This document shows positions 37,227-50,307 of a stretch of DNA of 64,000 nucleotides, in pieces. Origin of the DNA: Obrimoposthia wandeli. Lineage: Eukaryota. The notes below the pieces were generated by a model. That model saw only the letters and a list, made by a program, of their open reading frames with translations. It searched no databases and was not told where the DNA came from. Positions within the stretch are counted from its first letter, which is position 1. Each line of letters opens with the position of its first letter. Location: NCBI GenBank assembly GCA_977020255.1, contig CDROCS010000757.1, positions 62,001-126,000 of the forward strand. The letters are read 5' to 3'. The translations under genes and the position numbers were made by a program.

Positions 37227-38627
37227 AAAAATTAGATGAGATTTTTGGGTACCTTAAAAATAACAAATGCCGCTTTGAAGATGAGCCGTTGATATTATTT
37301 TCTCCTCCGCATCTACGGTGTGGCATCTACAGGGAAACCCAAGATCAACTGTTGTAATCAGTTCCATTGGCTAATACGACTTCGATTTTTATTGCTTTTA
37401 GTGAAGTGGAACAATTTGAATTTGAATGATGTCTCAAATTAGTTTAAGGAAAAAGATCAAAAATTAAATATCGGTAAAAACAGTTTGTCCTCATTTTATG
37501 TTAACCCTGACAGAAGAACTTCTCGTGGATGAATGTAGTGGTGACTGGACTGCTTATAGGGCCTCCTTCATATGAAAAGTAAATTGTATGGTTTTCCTTT
37601 CATTAGTGTCAATGTCTGCTTCATAATCCCCGCCTATTTTCTCTGCATCTGCAACCACATATAACTCTCACAAATAAACTAACCAAACACTGTTTCAATT
37701 GTCAAGATCCTAATGATGTTTCTCACTCAGGATGACAGAATCAAACAGAAGGGAATATTATGCTTTTCTCAATTTTAATTTTCCTTTTATCTCGTTTTCT
37801 CTGTACTGTTTCTGTTGAAGATAGAACATTTTGCTTTTCATTTGCCTTGTCGACAAATATGGCAATAGAAAAGTGGGATGCTTCGTTTATTCAGTTTTCC
37901 TATTTGTGATTCACATTATTTGAATAATCATGACTCATCAATTTGTTGTACTTTTAATTTGATTTGATAGCTAAATTACAATTTAATTTTTTTTATCATT
38001 TTGTGAGTTTGTGCTGAATTTAGATTGGTATTTTATCAATGAGAACAATTCAATATTTCTAGTTTTTATTGACGCTATTTGTAAACTGTCCGTTTAATAT
38101 TAGATGTTTAGTCTATTTTGAAGCAAGCTAACCAAACTAAATTGAGGCTTGGATTTTTTTATATATTGAAACATGAACGTGTTATGATTGTATTCAAGGG
38201 CTATGTTAAAAATGAGTTTTGTGAATCTATAAGAAAGATTTAGAAAAAATATATAAATATTGAAAAAAAAAATACGAGTAAAAATAAAAATAATAATGAA
38301 TTTCATAAATTTATGGACATACACATTTATAAAACGGGAAGAACATTTTGTGTGTACTTTTAATGTGTCAGAGAATCAAAATTAATGCCATAATAAAAGC
38401 TGATTATCAGCATAGAAACTAATAAAAATGCACTTTTTACAATCTATCGGACGTTTTGGACGCATCTTTGGGTACTACAAAGAAAATGAAGTAATTTTAT
38501 TCATTTTCATTTAGCAGAAGAGAAATGAAATTAGTCTTAAACTACGATGGACATTTCACTTCGTGAACGAAATCAGAAATTGTAACATTTAGGGTATTTT
38601 TGCCCAATTCAATGTTTTATATATATA

Positions 38628-39270
38628 CAGGGTGTCCCACAAAATAACGAACTATTTTAAATTAAAATCACAAAGCAATATAATATATATATTATAAAAA
38701 ACACTAATAAATAGATTGTAGACAAAAAAGGGATTTATATAAGTCTATCATAATGTTCAATATGTCCGCCATTTTGTTCAATAATTACTTGAAGTCTTAA
38801 CGGTACATTTTTATCACTTTTTTGAAATCTAATAGTTTCACTTAATATACTTAATTCACAATACAGAATATAATTTTTTCTTTTAGTTGATCCAACGAGT
38901 TAAACGATTTTTCATACACTTTATATTTCAGGTAACTCCAGAAGTAAAAATCCAATGGATTAAGATGAGATTGTGCGAATAGCAATCATTTTTCATAATC
39001 ATCAGGTAAAAGTTGATGAACTGTCCTTGGTCTATAAACTCTATATGCCAACTTCTTTAGCAAACGATGTACGGACCTTTTACTGCATCCAACCTTTTCA
39101 GCTCTCTTTCTTACGCTTGTTAATTCATTATTACTTTGTTTCATCAAACTTTCTGTGCTGTCTTATAATCCTTTACCATAAACATTAATTATCATTTTCC
39201 CACCACTTCCAACTTTTATAATTATTTTTAAATTTCCAGTTTATTATTCATACAAAAACTTCATCACTAT
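38628..39270 (-). mobile_element. Tc1/mariner superfamily (maT/DD37D-like) internally deleted remnant
   Basis: TA|CAGGGTGTCCCA terminus. Translates to SVRKRAEKVGCSKRSVHRLLKKLAYRVYRPRTVHQLLPDD, HLNPLDFYFWSYLKYKVY and RLQVIIEQNGGHIEH. Confidence 0.75.
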
Positions 39271-40378
39271 TTGCAAAAATAAAATCCTTTATACAAGATT
39301 CCATAAGCTCCTATCAAAGGAACCTATTAACGGAGCTACACTCTTACAAACCTGCGAATGAATTGTACGATTCTTTCAGACTCGCGCTTCTTTCTTTAAC
39401 ACTCTAATTAAGGCAAGGTACGTCAGCAAGAGAGACCAGAAGATCTCACCTGATAAATATTTGTCTATGTTCGTGGAATCTCGACGGTGGGATCCCGTAG
39501 TTGCCGCTAAACTCAAATGCCATATGTTCTCTATTGCCATACCCAACTAAACCACCGCGACCTCCACCAGGATTCCCCAGGCACTACACAGCGCCTGTCA
39601 CCAGCTGTCCTAGGCCATCCATAACCACAGAAGCAGAGTAGTGTGTAGCTATACCGCTTTCACTGGCGACCGCCAATTCACAATATATGCCAGCATAGAT
39701 TGTGGTACATATTCAGCCTAGGTCAACCCCTTGGCAATAACAGGACTACCTTGCCTCTTTGGGTCATAGCTCAGCTGAAACCCATTCCCCATACTCTTCA
39801 GGGTTCGTTTATTCTGGCCCCTAGTCACTTTGTATGTCTCAACTTCACTAACAAAACCATTCTTCCCCTTTTTACTGTTACGATAATATAATAAAGTTGT
39901 CAGTACTGTGTTTTTACCCTTCTTTACAATTGTCATTCATAGTGATGCATTACACCACATATTTAAAGATGTAAGAAATTAGGTAACCTCATGTTTATGC
40001 ATATAACGACTGAATTATTGGGAAATCTTCAATAGACACAACATTTGAAAACCAAAGTAAATGGGAAAGCATTAAAAATAAGCAAATGATCAGTAAAATT
40101 TTAAATTATACCTACCTATATACCGTGATAGCTGAGCTCAGTATGTAACAGTATTAACCCACTTTAAATCAAAATAACTTTGAAACCAATGAAAATACAC
40201 CACTAAAAAATCAAATTTCTTCTATTAACATCTCAACATATCTTAGTGTCAAAGAGTAACAAATTTTACTGATATTGGTTGACTTGGCCTTTTGTATGTA
40301 TAACATAAGTTTATTTCTATGATGTGAAGAATTTAAATTATTTGCCTCGTGAGATATCTATATTTTCTCTCCTCGCAG

Positions 40379-40489
40379 ATTGATCAATCCGGAAGCAACC
40401 ATAGTATCGCCAGTGACCCAGAGGACTGTTGTGAGGGCAACGAGGCGAGCACCAGGCGAGGCAGAAGATCCGCCATCATAGACAATACG
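40379..40489 (+). CDS. Internal phase-0 exon encoding a PKI-like PKA pseudosubstrate: IDQSGSNHSIASDPEDCCEGNEASTRRGRRSAIIDNT
   Basis: Strong acceptor TTTTCTCTCCTCGCAG, donor GTGAGT, 111 nt, only one frame open, GC-rich island. Confidence 0.72.
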
Positions 40490-42215
40490 GTGAGTTCCTG
40501 ATACTTCATTCTAGCAACTATATAAGCTGAGACTGAAATGTACGACTCGTCGATCAAACCCCATTCACTACATGGTGTAATTTGTGTCTGCTTTACTTTT
40601 GACATAATATCCGTAAGATGAGAGTGTTTGATTGATTTGAATGTACTAGAATGTTGCGTGAGTACGCTTCAAGTCTTCTGATTTCAGTCATCAGTCATAA
40701 TCTTCTGACAAGCACAATAAACAACACCACAGTTGAACATGGGGCGCAATTGAATATACCCAGCCTTAATATAGTCACTAATTATCATATAAATGTACAT
40801 TATTTTGATTTTTCAACTTATTCACCTTTTGCTTACTGCTTACGTTCTTTCAAAATGCTAATCAGTTCAGAAATATTCCACACGATTTGTTTAAATCAGT
40901 GATGTAAAACGTTGTTTGTAACGTAACGCAAAAACGAAATAGCAAAATAATTTATCGTTAATTGGCAAAATTATGTTACATAACGGTATAAAATTTTAAT
41001 TATGTTAAAATAACGAAAATTTAGTAACGCAAACGCAAAAAAAATCAGTATACATTTTTGTTATTGCTAAATAATAATTCCTTTCAATTTTACTGAGTAA
41101 AATTAGCACCCAGTCAGAATAGTATTGTTTTTTAATTTGTGATTTAAATATTATTTTATTATTCTGTATTAATATTCGATTTTTCTTTAAATTTAAAAAA
41201 AAATTATAACTTTAATATAATAACTTTGTTTTTATAACTTTTTAACGCAATGAATTTTCTTTTTCGTTTTATTACGAAATAACGTAATTAAAAAAATTCA
41301 TGATATCTGTATATAACAAAATGTGTAATGCTATAATTTTTTTTTCGTTTTCCATCTTGAAATTAAAAATGATGATAAATTCACCGCTTTACTATTACTG
41401 TTTTTCGTTTTTAGCTTAGAAATAGGGGTACTTATAGTACTTTTACACATTTTTAAAATGACATTTAATATTTAATTTTTTGTTAGTTAAAATTATATTT
41501 TTCAAATTTTAATTTTATTTTTGAACATTATAGTTTATTTCACCTTATTTTATATAATTCATTGTGTATTTTTTTGAAACTTTTATTATTATATATATTT
41601 TGTGTATAAACTTTATTTTTAAAATTTGTATAATAATTATAAGACAAATAATTGAATATATCAAACACAGAACTAAAACTGTTTTTAAATGTTTAAAGAA
41701 GTTTTTTTATATCTGTCGAAATATGAACCCTGTTTAAAAATAATTTTGAAGAAACACCAAGAAAAAATTAATCAAAGCACATTTCCATAAAATTTAGTCT
41801 ATCTGAAATTAGAATTGAAATATGATATTTTGATAATGTGTGGGTCAAGATCCAGATAACATTAAAAAGCAGTTTTAAACAATTTTTGACCAAATATTCA
41901 GAACACCTGTTTTGTTTGACAATTTGATAATGAATATTATTAACATCTTTGTAATATAAAATGCGAAAATAAAGAATAAATAAAAAAATGCAGAGAATTA
42001 CAGTAATTATTCACCTATAAGGGGTCCTACCTATAAGCAGGGCCGGATTAACCCCTTTAGGTGCCCTAAGCACTTACAAGATTTTAGTGCCCCCTATATA
42101 TATAAGTAATTCAAAATATAAATAAAAGTAAACTATAAAATTTTATTTTTCGAAATGAAACAAAACTTACAGTAAGATAAAATATAATTTTTATGTAAAT
42201 ATATATACTTTTACT

Positions 42216-44894
42216 TCATTTATATTTGAAAATTTTTCTCCTACATTTTATAATTGCAAAGTCTTTGATAAGATCCTCAAAACTAATCTTGTGTAACATA
42301 TCTGCTTCTATACTTAGTAGAGATAAGTCATCCAGCCTGCCTTGTTGCATAGTTGTTCTTTTGGCATTTTTAATATTCTTCAACTGGGAAAATGAACGCT
42401 CAGCTGAGCAATTTGTAACCATTAATGTTAAAAATATTCGAAAGGCAATTTCTACATTTGGGAATGCACACTCAATATTGTCTTCTACAATTATTTTATA
42501 AAGTTCAGCATGACTGAATCTTGTTTTTACATTATCTTGTGCACTGAATTTATGGCACACATATGAGTGAAACTGCTGAAGCTCAACAGATAAATTAATG
42601 TTCAAGTCCTCTGGGTAAGCATCAATCATATTTTTGCAACCCTGAGAATACCTTTCAATTTCAGTAGATGATGAAGTAACATTATGTGGCACATCACTTA
42701 GACAAGAAAATTTCTCTGCTATTTCTTTGTATATTTCTCCTCTTTTTCTCATCTCAGTTTTAAGTCTGTCAATAATTGTGTAAAAAGGTGGTGATTAAAA
42801 AGTTATCTCTGTTATTCAAATACACTTCTGGTGCATCTCCGTCATTTGGTACCTTCTTTCTGATTCGTTTGCGAGTTTGAGCTGTCTTGTAATCAACATC
42901 TGGTAGCATTTCCTTTGTAGCTGCTTCATATCTTTGAAATTCATCTCGTGAAGTGCACAGTTGGTCAGCTAAAGATTCATACAGATCTGCACTTGTTTTT
43001 AAATTTACATCCTCATTCTGTAGAATTTTGCTCACTCTATGAAAATTTTGCAAAATCTCACCCCAAAAATTCAACATAAAAACGAATTCTAGCTCTTGCA
43101 TCTTGCTTGCAATATTATTTGCTTCTCTTCTAGTGTCTCCCTTTTGATTCTGGTCTTCAGTTATACATTCTAACGCTTCTAAAATTTGAAAAAAGGATTT
43201 CAAAATTGCTGCTATTGCCATTGCATGTGCCTCCCATCTGGTGTTAGATAGGATTTTTAAAACACTTTCATTTCCAATACAACATTTAAGAATTTTCCAC
43301 CTGCTAGTTGAGGCTGAAAAAAAGGTATAGAGCAACTGTACTGTAGAAAAGAAATTAACCGCCTCTTGACAGCAATCAACAGCACTTCGACCTACCAGAT
43401 TTAGTGAATGAGCTGCACAGGGCACATATATAGCAAACTTGTTTGTTTCTAAGATTATTTGCTGCATCCTTATAACGCCCGGACATGTTGGCAGCATTGT
43501 CGTAAGATTGACCCCTACATTTTGAAAAGTTTAGCTTACAAACTTCTCGTAAGTACTGCAACACCTGAATTGCCATTTCCTCGCCAGTATGACTTTGCAT
43601 TTCCAAAAGGTTAAGAACCGTTCAATAGGTTGTCCATCTTTTAAGTACCTAAGTACAACACTTAACTGATCGATATGTGATAGATCTGGTGTTGAATCAA
43701 CAGATAAACTAAAATAACCAGACAATTTTACTTCGTCAATAATGAGTGTGTGGACCTTTTGAGCCATTAGATGAATGAGTTCCTCACAGGTGGTTTTCGA
43801 TAGGTAAGAAGGATTTCCTTTGCCAGAATTTCCATATTTCGAAATGTGACCTGCTAAAAATGGATCAAACTGGCTTATGAGCTCAAGCATCCCTAAAAAT
43901 TCCCATTCTGCAATGATCCAAATCTTTCTTCTGTTCCTCGAAAAGCCAAGCCACGTTCTGCTAACGTACAAATAACAGCTATGACACGCCTCAAGACATG
44001 TTCCCAGTAATTACATTCTTCCTGAATTTGTTTTTCCAACTGTTGTCCCAACCCCGCACCTTGTCTGCGAGTTAAGTATGTTAGCATAAAGTCTCGGTGA
44101 CTAATGCTTTTTTCATGATGATCAATTACAATAGTATTTCGCCAGTCACTAAACCCTTCTCTGGTAACAAATTGTGAGACATTTTTAGGAGCAAAAAGTT
44201 TACAAATATAACAGTAAACTGATCCTGTTGATGGTGAATACAATAACCACTCTCTCCTGTATTTTTCACCATTGGCTTTTGTTCCAATGAAAAGATTTTG
44301 AGAACAGTATCTTGATGGTTTGCCACTACTAAAGTGCCGGTAAGACTTGTCAAAAGGCCCATTGTGGTGTTGACAGTCACTGGGTCCACAAGCAATCCAA
44401 TAAGCCACATCATTATCAGAGAAATCTAGCCACAACCCTGGATCTTTTGCTATATTTACTTTATCTTTTGCAGACTGATTCATTTCACCACCATCACCAT
44501 GGTCCGCTATACTTTCATTTTCAGCAATTATTTCAACATCAGAAAGGCTTGTAAAGCAACTTGAATCAACATTTGTAGTAGATGTATCAAGATTATTTAC
44601 AGGCAAAGTGAGATCATTGAGACATGTGGTAGATGAACCTGCTTGTGACACCTCAGTGATTCCAACATCATTAGGTTTTAATTTTGAAGTGATCAAAGTG
44701 GTATTTGTGTCCAATTCTGATGACGGAGATTGGTTTTGATTCAGAATCGGTATATCATGTTGACGTTGTGGTCGAGGAACTTGCGTGAAGAAATCAGTAA
44801 GCTTTACAGTCTTGGGCATTAAATCCAAAGTCTTTTCTTGTTTCTCTTTTGATAGTTTTCGCTTTTGCGCACCACTTAATTGAATACGTTTCAT
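42216..44894 (-). pseudogene. hAT transposase, four frameshifts, no in-frame stops in the coding path
   Basis: Motifs in order: REWLLYSPSTGSVYCYICKLF (TTF zinc finger), GLAFRG, LSVDSTPDLSHIDQLSVVLRY, GQSYDNAANMSG, CAAHSLNL, TRWEAH, CSAERSFSQLK (dimerisation domain). They are spread over five overlapping ORFs. Confidence 0.93.
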
Positions 44895-45275
44895 CTTAAT
44901 CTTGGGTCTGTAAAATAAAGATAATTTTATTAGATATTATTGTATATAATGTGGCAATCAACACAGTTACAATATCATATTCTTGGCATACACAACCAAA
45001 ATGGGAATTTAAATATAAATGGCAATTAAATTTAACTCAACGGAAATATCAACTCAAAATGTTGAATACAAATTAAATCGAAAGAAGGAACCGAAAGAAG
45101 GAACCAAACCTATATATAAAATAAAAATACTTAACATTAGAATTAATGAACCGCAATCTATAAACATATCAATATTAACAGGACACATTTTATATTTACA
45201 TTTATTTATTTAAAATAGAATATTTAATTATAGAAAACATGAATAAATAAATTATAAAATATATTCATATTTATG

Positions 45276-45408
45276 CAGGGCCGAATTAAGAGGGAGCTGA
45301 CTCGGCTATAGCCCCCAAAATTAGTTACACTATTATCATTATGATGTAAGGGCCCCTGTTTGAATTACAGCCAGGGCCCCCACCCCATGCAACCTTAATC
45401 CGACCCTG
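45276..45408. mobile_element. 133-bp hAT-type MITE nested inside the hAT element
   Basis: Inverted ends CAGGGCCGAATTAAG / CTTAATCCGACCCTG (13/15), similar to the host element TIR. No exact 8-bp TSD is visible. Confidence 0.55.
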
Positions 45409-45899
45409 CATGTATATACTATTAAAGTACACTTAATAGACTTACCCTAAAGCAAAGGGAGAAAAACATCAAGGTGCCCCTATAATCCGAATTTGTTTCT
45501 CGTTATATATGAATCATATGAACTATTGGTATATTATAAAATATATTTTGTAATTTTTTCAATAACATTTTTAAAAATTATGAATTTGCACATTATTTGG
45601 CTCTATAAAAAAAATTATTGTATAATAAATCCAATGTAAATCCAACAATAATTTTTTTTGTGGTGCCCCCTTTCCCTTGATGCCCTAAGCACGTGCTTAT
45701 ATTGCTTAATGGTTAATCCAGCCCAGCCTATAAGGGTGTCCGGTCACCGAAAATTTCACGCTTCACCTATAAGGGTGCCCATAAGTGCCTATAAATAATG
45801 CATCTATAAGTGATTCGGTGTCGGTCTCTCTCAAAAACATGTTTTAATGAATACCCTTACAGGTGAATAATTACTGTAGGATTTCTTTCATGATCACAA

Positions 45900-46400
45900 A
45901 AGTTTTGAATTGAATTCTGGACTGACCTTCGAAGTTGTGCTCGGTATTGGGTATGGCTGGCAAAAACTTGGCACTTTATCAATGTTTGTTCAAAGTCCAA
46001 GTGTTAAAGAATTGTTCATTTAATAATTATTTTCCTGTAGTTTGTCTCGTACATTTAATTCCATTGATGATTTGGTTCCAGATGCAGACCTACAAAATAT
46101 AAAAAATTATTTATTTCATATCTAAATAATATGTTTTAGATTCATTTAGTTTTGCACTTTTAAAATATGCTCAGCATTAATGAGAACCGTCGACTGAGGA
46201 GGAAGAGTGGCAATTCCTTGAACTTTTAGTGGATGACCTTCTGCTTCATTAGCCAGTAAACATGTAGTCGATGAAGGTAAGAACATTTTCTTGGTTAGTG
46301 AAGAGTCAATAATGTCTTTAGATTTTGCATTTCTAAGTAGTGCAATTATAAGCCCACTTTCATTTTGTTGATCAGCTTTGCAGTTGTGAAATATCCTTCA
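45900..46400 (-). mobile_element. Probable Gypsy protease/RT-start remnant
   Basis: ALLRNAKSKDIIDSSLTKKMFLP..AEGHPLKVQGIATLP resembles a decayed retropepsin; FCQPYPIP resembles an RT N-terminus. Confidence 0.4.
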
Positions 46401-46796
46401 GAAGAGCCGTTTAAAGATGCATCTTTAAGTTTTTTAAAGCTTGTAATTAAAAATTTAAGAGTCAACACTAGCATTTTTGACACATTTTCAATAATAGCTC
46501 TATATTATCCAATGTTCTCCGCACATTTCTCCCGTAGAATACGACATTTGTACATTTACAGGTTATTTCCATGCATTCTCTGTCGTCTTTTTAGTGGATA
46601 AATGGTAATATTTAAGGACAAAAACCAGTCATTTCACTCTGAATTTCTTTACATCCTGAACTATGTTTAAGACTTTCAAGTTTATTTGACAGAAGCTTCA
46701 ATCTATATATTCCTTAGCCATTTAATGATCGTGTTGGCTGAAGTACATATTTGACAAATTATAAATACATTAGGCCAATACAAAATCCACTCCATT

Positions 46797-46855
46797 CGTT
46801 GCTTTTTCAATTTTTTTCTCCGGGGGGTGGATTAGACCGGACACATCCACCTACT
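46797..46855 (+). mobile_element. Solo, internally deleted family-A terminus (right end)
   Basis: GTTGCTTTTTCAA (shared with 31826) ... GGGGGGTGGATTAGACCGGACACATCCACCTACT; followed by ACAGTG. Confidence 0.8.
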
Positions 46856-48659
46856 ACAGTGCAAAGTTGGGAGACATTACGAGCCAATCGCAGCAATTGA
46901 TTTTCACCCGAATCCACCCGTGAAATTGAATATGCGTGCAGCCGTTCAAAGGAAGGAAGTAACGAACAAATTCTTTTGCAGGAAATGATTTTTTAACGTA
47001 CTTTTAAATGGGAATATCTCAAAAATATGTAACATGAGTCATTATTTTTGACGATAAGTATACAATTTTAACATACAAATTTCAATTTCTGTATTTTGTT
47101 GTGGAAAGTGAAAATTGGTTAAACTCAATTTGGAGATGAATATCTTCCCAAATAAGATTATTCGGTTAAAATTCGGTATATAAATATGTATGTTGATGTA
47201 CATAAAAGTTTCCTTGTACATTTTTAACTCATTCTGATAATTACATTTTTTGTAAATCCAAAATTTATTGAATCCAATCTTAATCATGGCTGGTATACAC
47301 AATTTCTATATCAATTTGTTCCATTTTGAGGAACATTATGGTTATTTCTGGGAAAATAATGAACAATTACTTTGTTTAAACTGGGATAAGCGCCAAATTT
47401 ACTGATAAATTGTATTTCTGAATAACCCGAGTATATAAGGTTATTCTACACCAAGTACTTATTTAATAATTGGGAGAAGTTCTCATTGCTAAATCAAACA
47501 AATATAATTGAAGCAATAAAGTACTTTTAATTAAATTCAAAATCCAACATCCTTTTAAGAGTATATTTAAATAATTACCCAGTTCATTGCAGTTACAAAT
47601 ATTTTCTGATGCATATTTTTCTAACTTAGATTTCAAAACATTGTTAAAACATTCAATTTTTGATGCGTATACTACACATTCTACGGCAATTGCTTAGCTT
47701 TCTTAAGACTAAACAAACAATTGTTTGGAGCCACAAACGATTCTAATTTACACTTATCAGCTACTCAAATTGACATTATTATTTCAATATTTCATCGGTA
47801 ATTGTACTTCTTCATACACATTTAATACAAAACTACTCGAAAGATAAATATATTGTTCGTTATAAAATTCAATTCATTTCTAACATAAACAAACAATTTT
47901 CAATATTTTTCATTATAAGTCGATGTTCATTAAAAACAGTTTTCATTATACAAAGGTTAACTTTAGATTTACGTCTATGCGAGTAAATTACAATAAAAGC
48001 AATTAATATTGAAAACGATGTTAACTAATATAAATTCAATTTGAGTTGATAAATAACAAACTCAGTCATCGACTTTAGATTTCTCTAGATTATGTGAATT
48101 AAGTAATCCTCTCGTCCTACGTGGTTTCTATATTTAGACTGAGGAATATTGGAAATATGGGTGGAGTCGTAGATGGTTTTTCTTGTGTCTTTGTCTATTA
48201 TTGAAGTTATTTTATTTTTTAATCATATATTTCCCATAGTTTCTCAAACTATTTCTTGATTATCGGGAAATATATTTTTAATTTAAATGTTATGTAAAAA
48301 TATTTTCGCAATTCCAGATTTTGATTTTGATTCGTTAGGAAAATTCCTATTTCTCAAAAGATGGGTTCTTACTTTGATTTATAAATCAACAAAATAATAA
48401 CGACCTAACAATTTAAAAGCGTAGTTTTAACTCCAGTAGTTGATCAAATTATATATTTTTAAAATAGTATAAAAAAAGTTTATGTATCGAAGAATCAATT
48501 TTTAAATGAAGTCAATTTTGACGATAAGGAAAATATGAAATTTTCAAATTTGAGTTTTTTTTTTCTTTGTCAAAATTTGATTTTGCATGAAATAATGAAG
48601 TGTTAGATTAAGGAAATTTGAATAAGATAAATAAAACAATTTTTTATATTAAAAAAAAT

Positions 48660-49870
48660 TAAACTTTAAAATCAAAGGTCGAAATGAATTTAAATAGAAA
48701 ATTAAAAATACACTGATTTTAGAATAAAATATCGAATTAAAATAAATTATGACCTTGAAAAAGTCGTGGGAAATGTGTGTAGAATGAGTAGAACAGTGTG
48801 AGAAGGGGCCGATGAAGATAAATCTAGTGGGGAAGGATGGGTGGATTTTGAAAAGGAAGTTGAGATTTAGTTAAGTTAGAAGAGCGGGAACCTATTAGTA
48901 GCGCAACTCAGAATCCATTAGCTTGCAAAGAAGAACTCAGATTCCATTAGTTCATGAAGAAGCACTCAGACAGGAATACTTCGAGACGCAGCCGCACTCT
49001 CCCATCTTCAGAGGCCACCAGAAGCTAGAAGTTAGAGGTGAGTAAATTTTAAATATAAAGATAAATTAATTGCAGAAAAATGCGGAACTACATATATTCA
49101 AGTTAGTAAATTCGGAACTACTGATATTTAAATTGAACTGGTGAGCAAAAAACTCAACTTACATAAAGTACATTTTTGAATGAAGACGAATTTAATTTTA
49201 ATTACAGTTCAAGGAAAAGACATTGAATTTTAAGTACATTTCGAGTAAATCGACGATATTTAATTAGTCGGCAATAGCATATTAAATTAAAGATTTAGAT
49301 AGACGGGTAGAAAGGCACGGGAAATAATTTGAGGATGATAATAGCAGGAGGCGTATAAAGGTATACGCATAGAAAAGTGTTAACCCTATTGGGTATTCTG
49401 TAATAATGTTAGGAAGTTTTAAGTGGGCTAAATTAAATATAGTCATCTTAGCAAAATCGATAAAAGATTCATTCCGATTTAAATTCTTTGGGAAATTCGT
49501 GTGCTCCCTAACATATAGATTAGCCGAGGGACAACCAACGAGACAATATTCCACGTTCTGACAGATTCAGAGGAGTATTGTCTACGTCGATTGGTCACGG
49601 CTCTGTTTCATCGATATTCGGTCTTGGTGTTGCCAGACTCTTCCGACATAAAAGCTAACTCAGATGATAAACTATTCACCCTGCGTTACATCACACCACA
49701 CTAGCTTTGGGGCCCTACTAGCTATTCTGTGAACACAATTCCTTGAACACACCACAAGACAATAAGACACAAAACCTTCAGATTGAGACTATAATTAAGT
49801 AGAACATGAACAGGTAGGCCACATCCATCTGTAAGTCCTATCGTTACAGAACTCACGATGGGGGCCTCCA
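48660..49870 (+). repeat. Second, diverged copy of the unclassified LTR-like repeat (see 7900-9004 and 12912-13400)
   Basis: Shared motifs as listed for the first copy. AAAGGTCGAAATGAATTTAAATAG also occurs inverted at about 34062-34090. Confidence 0.4.
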
Positions 49871-50307
49871 TACGAGGATATAATTGAAGAGATTCAAATA
49901 GAAATCCCAACACTTATATGAAGTTACCAAATGAGTCTCACCAAATTTAAAGTACTATTTTATTCTCGGAAGTAAAGGGTACATAAATACATAATTTATC
50001 AGCTGTTTGATCTGATATTAGGCTTGTTTAAGTTTTTCTTTGTTTACAATCGACTTAATTCTTCTGTTAACATTTAAAAAGTTAATAAATAAATTAGTAA
50101 ATAATTTAATCTCATTAATTTCTGTCTATTTTTTTTTAAAATGTACATGATTAATCTTCAAATAATCTTCAAACGCTTTGAAACCTTCTTCTCGGACAAC
50201 TCGTACTTAATTAGTGATACAGGATGATTAATTAACTATAATATTTATATTTTTAGAAAAACAGTTAATTGTGAACGTGATATTTTAGTAACTGCTAATC
50301 TGCGCAG

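Larger units (their letters stand above)
42038..45726 (-). mobile_element. Near full-length hAT DNA transposon (ZMYM1-like/TTF-zinc-finger group), 3,689 bp
   Basis: TIRs are CAGGGCCGGATTAACC and GGTTAATCCAGCCCAG (14/16). The exact 8-bp TSD CCTATAAG is at 42030-42037 and 45727-45734. Confidence 0.92.
42001..45876. mobile_element. About 179-bp Tc1/mariner-type MITE split by the hAT insertion
   Basis: TIR CAGTAATTATTCACCT(A/G)TAAGGG at 42001 and, inverted, ending at 45876. TA dinucleotide on both flanks. Confidence 0.8.

Noticed and set aside
40899-41420. TAACG/AAAACG-rich stretch starting CAGTGATG, hAT-MITE-like
   Set aside because: No matching right terminus or TSD found.
45727-45810. Similarity of the MITE motif CACCTATAAGGGTG to the family-B unit CACCATAAGGGTG
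   Set aside because: Short match only; the termini and TSD type (TA vs 6 bp) differ, so a relationship is unsupported.
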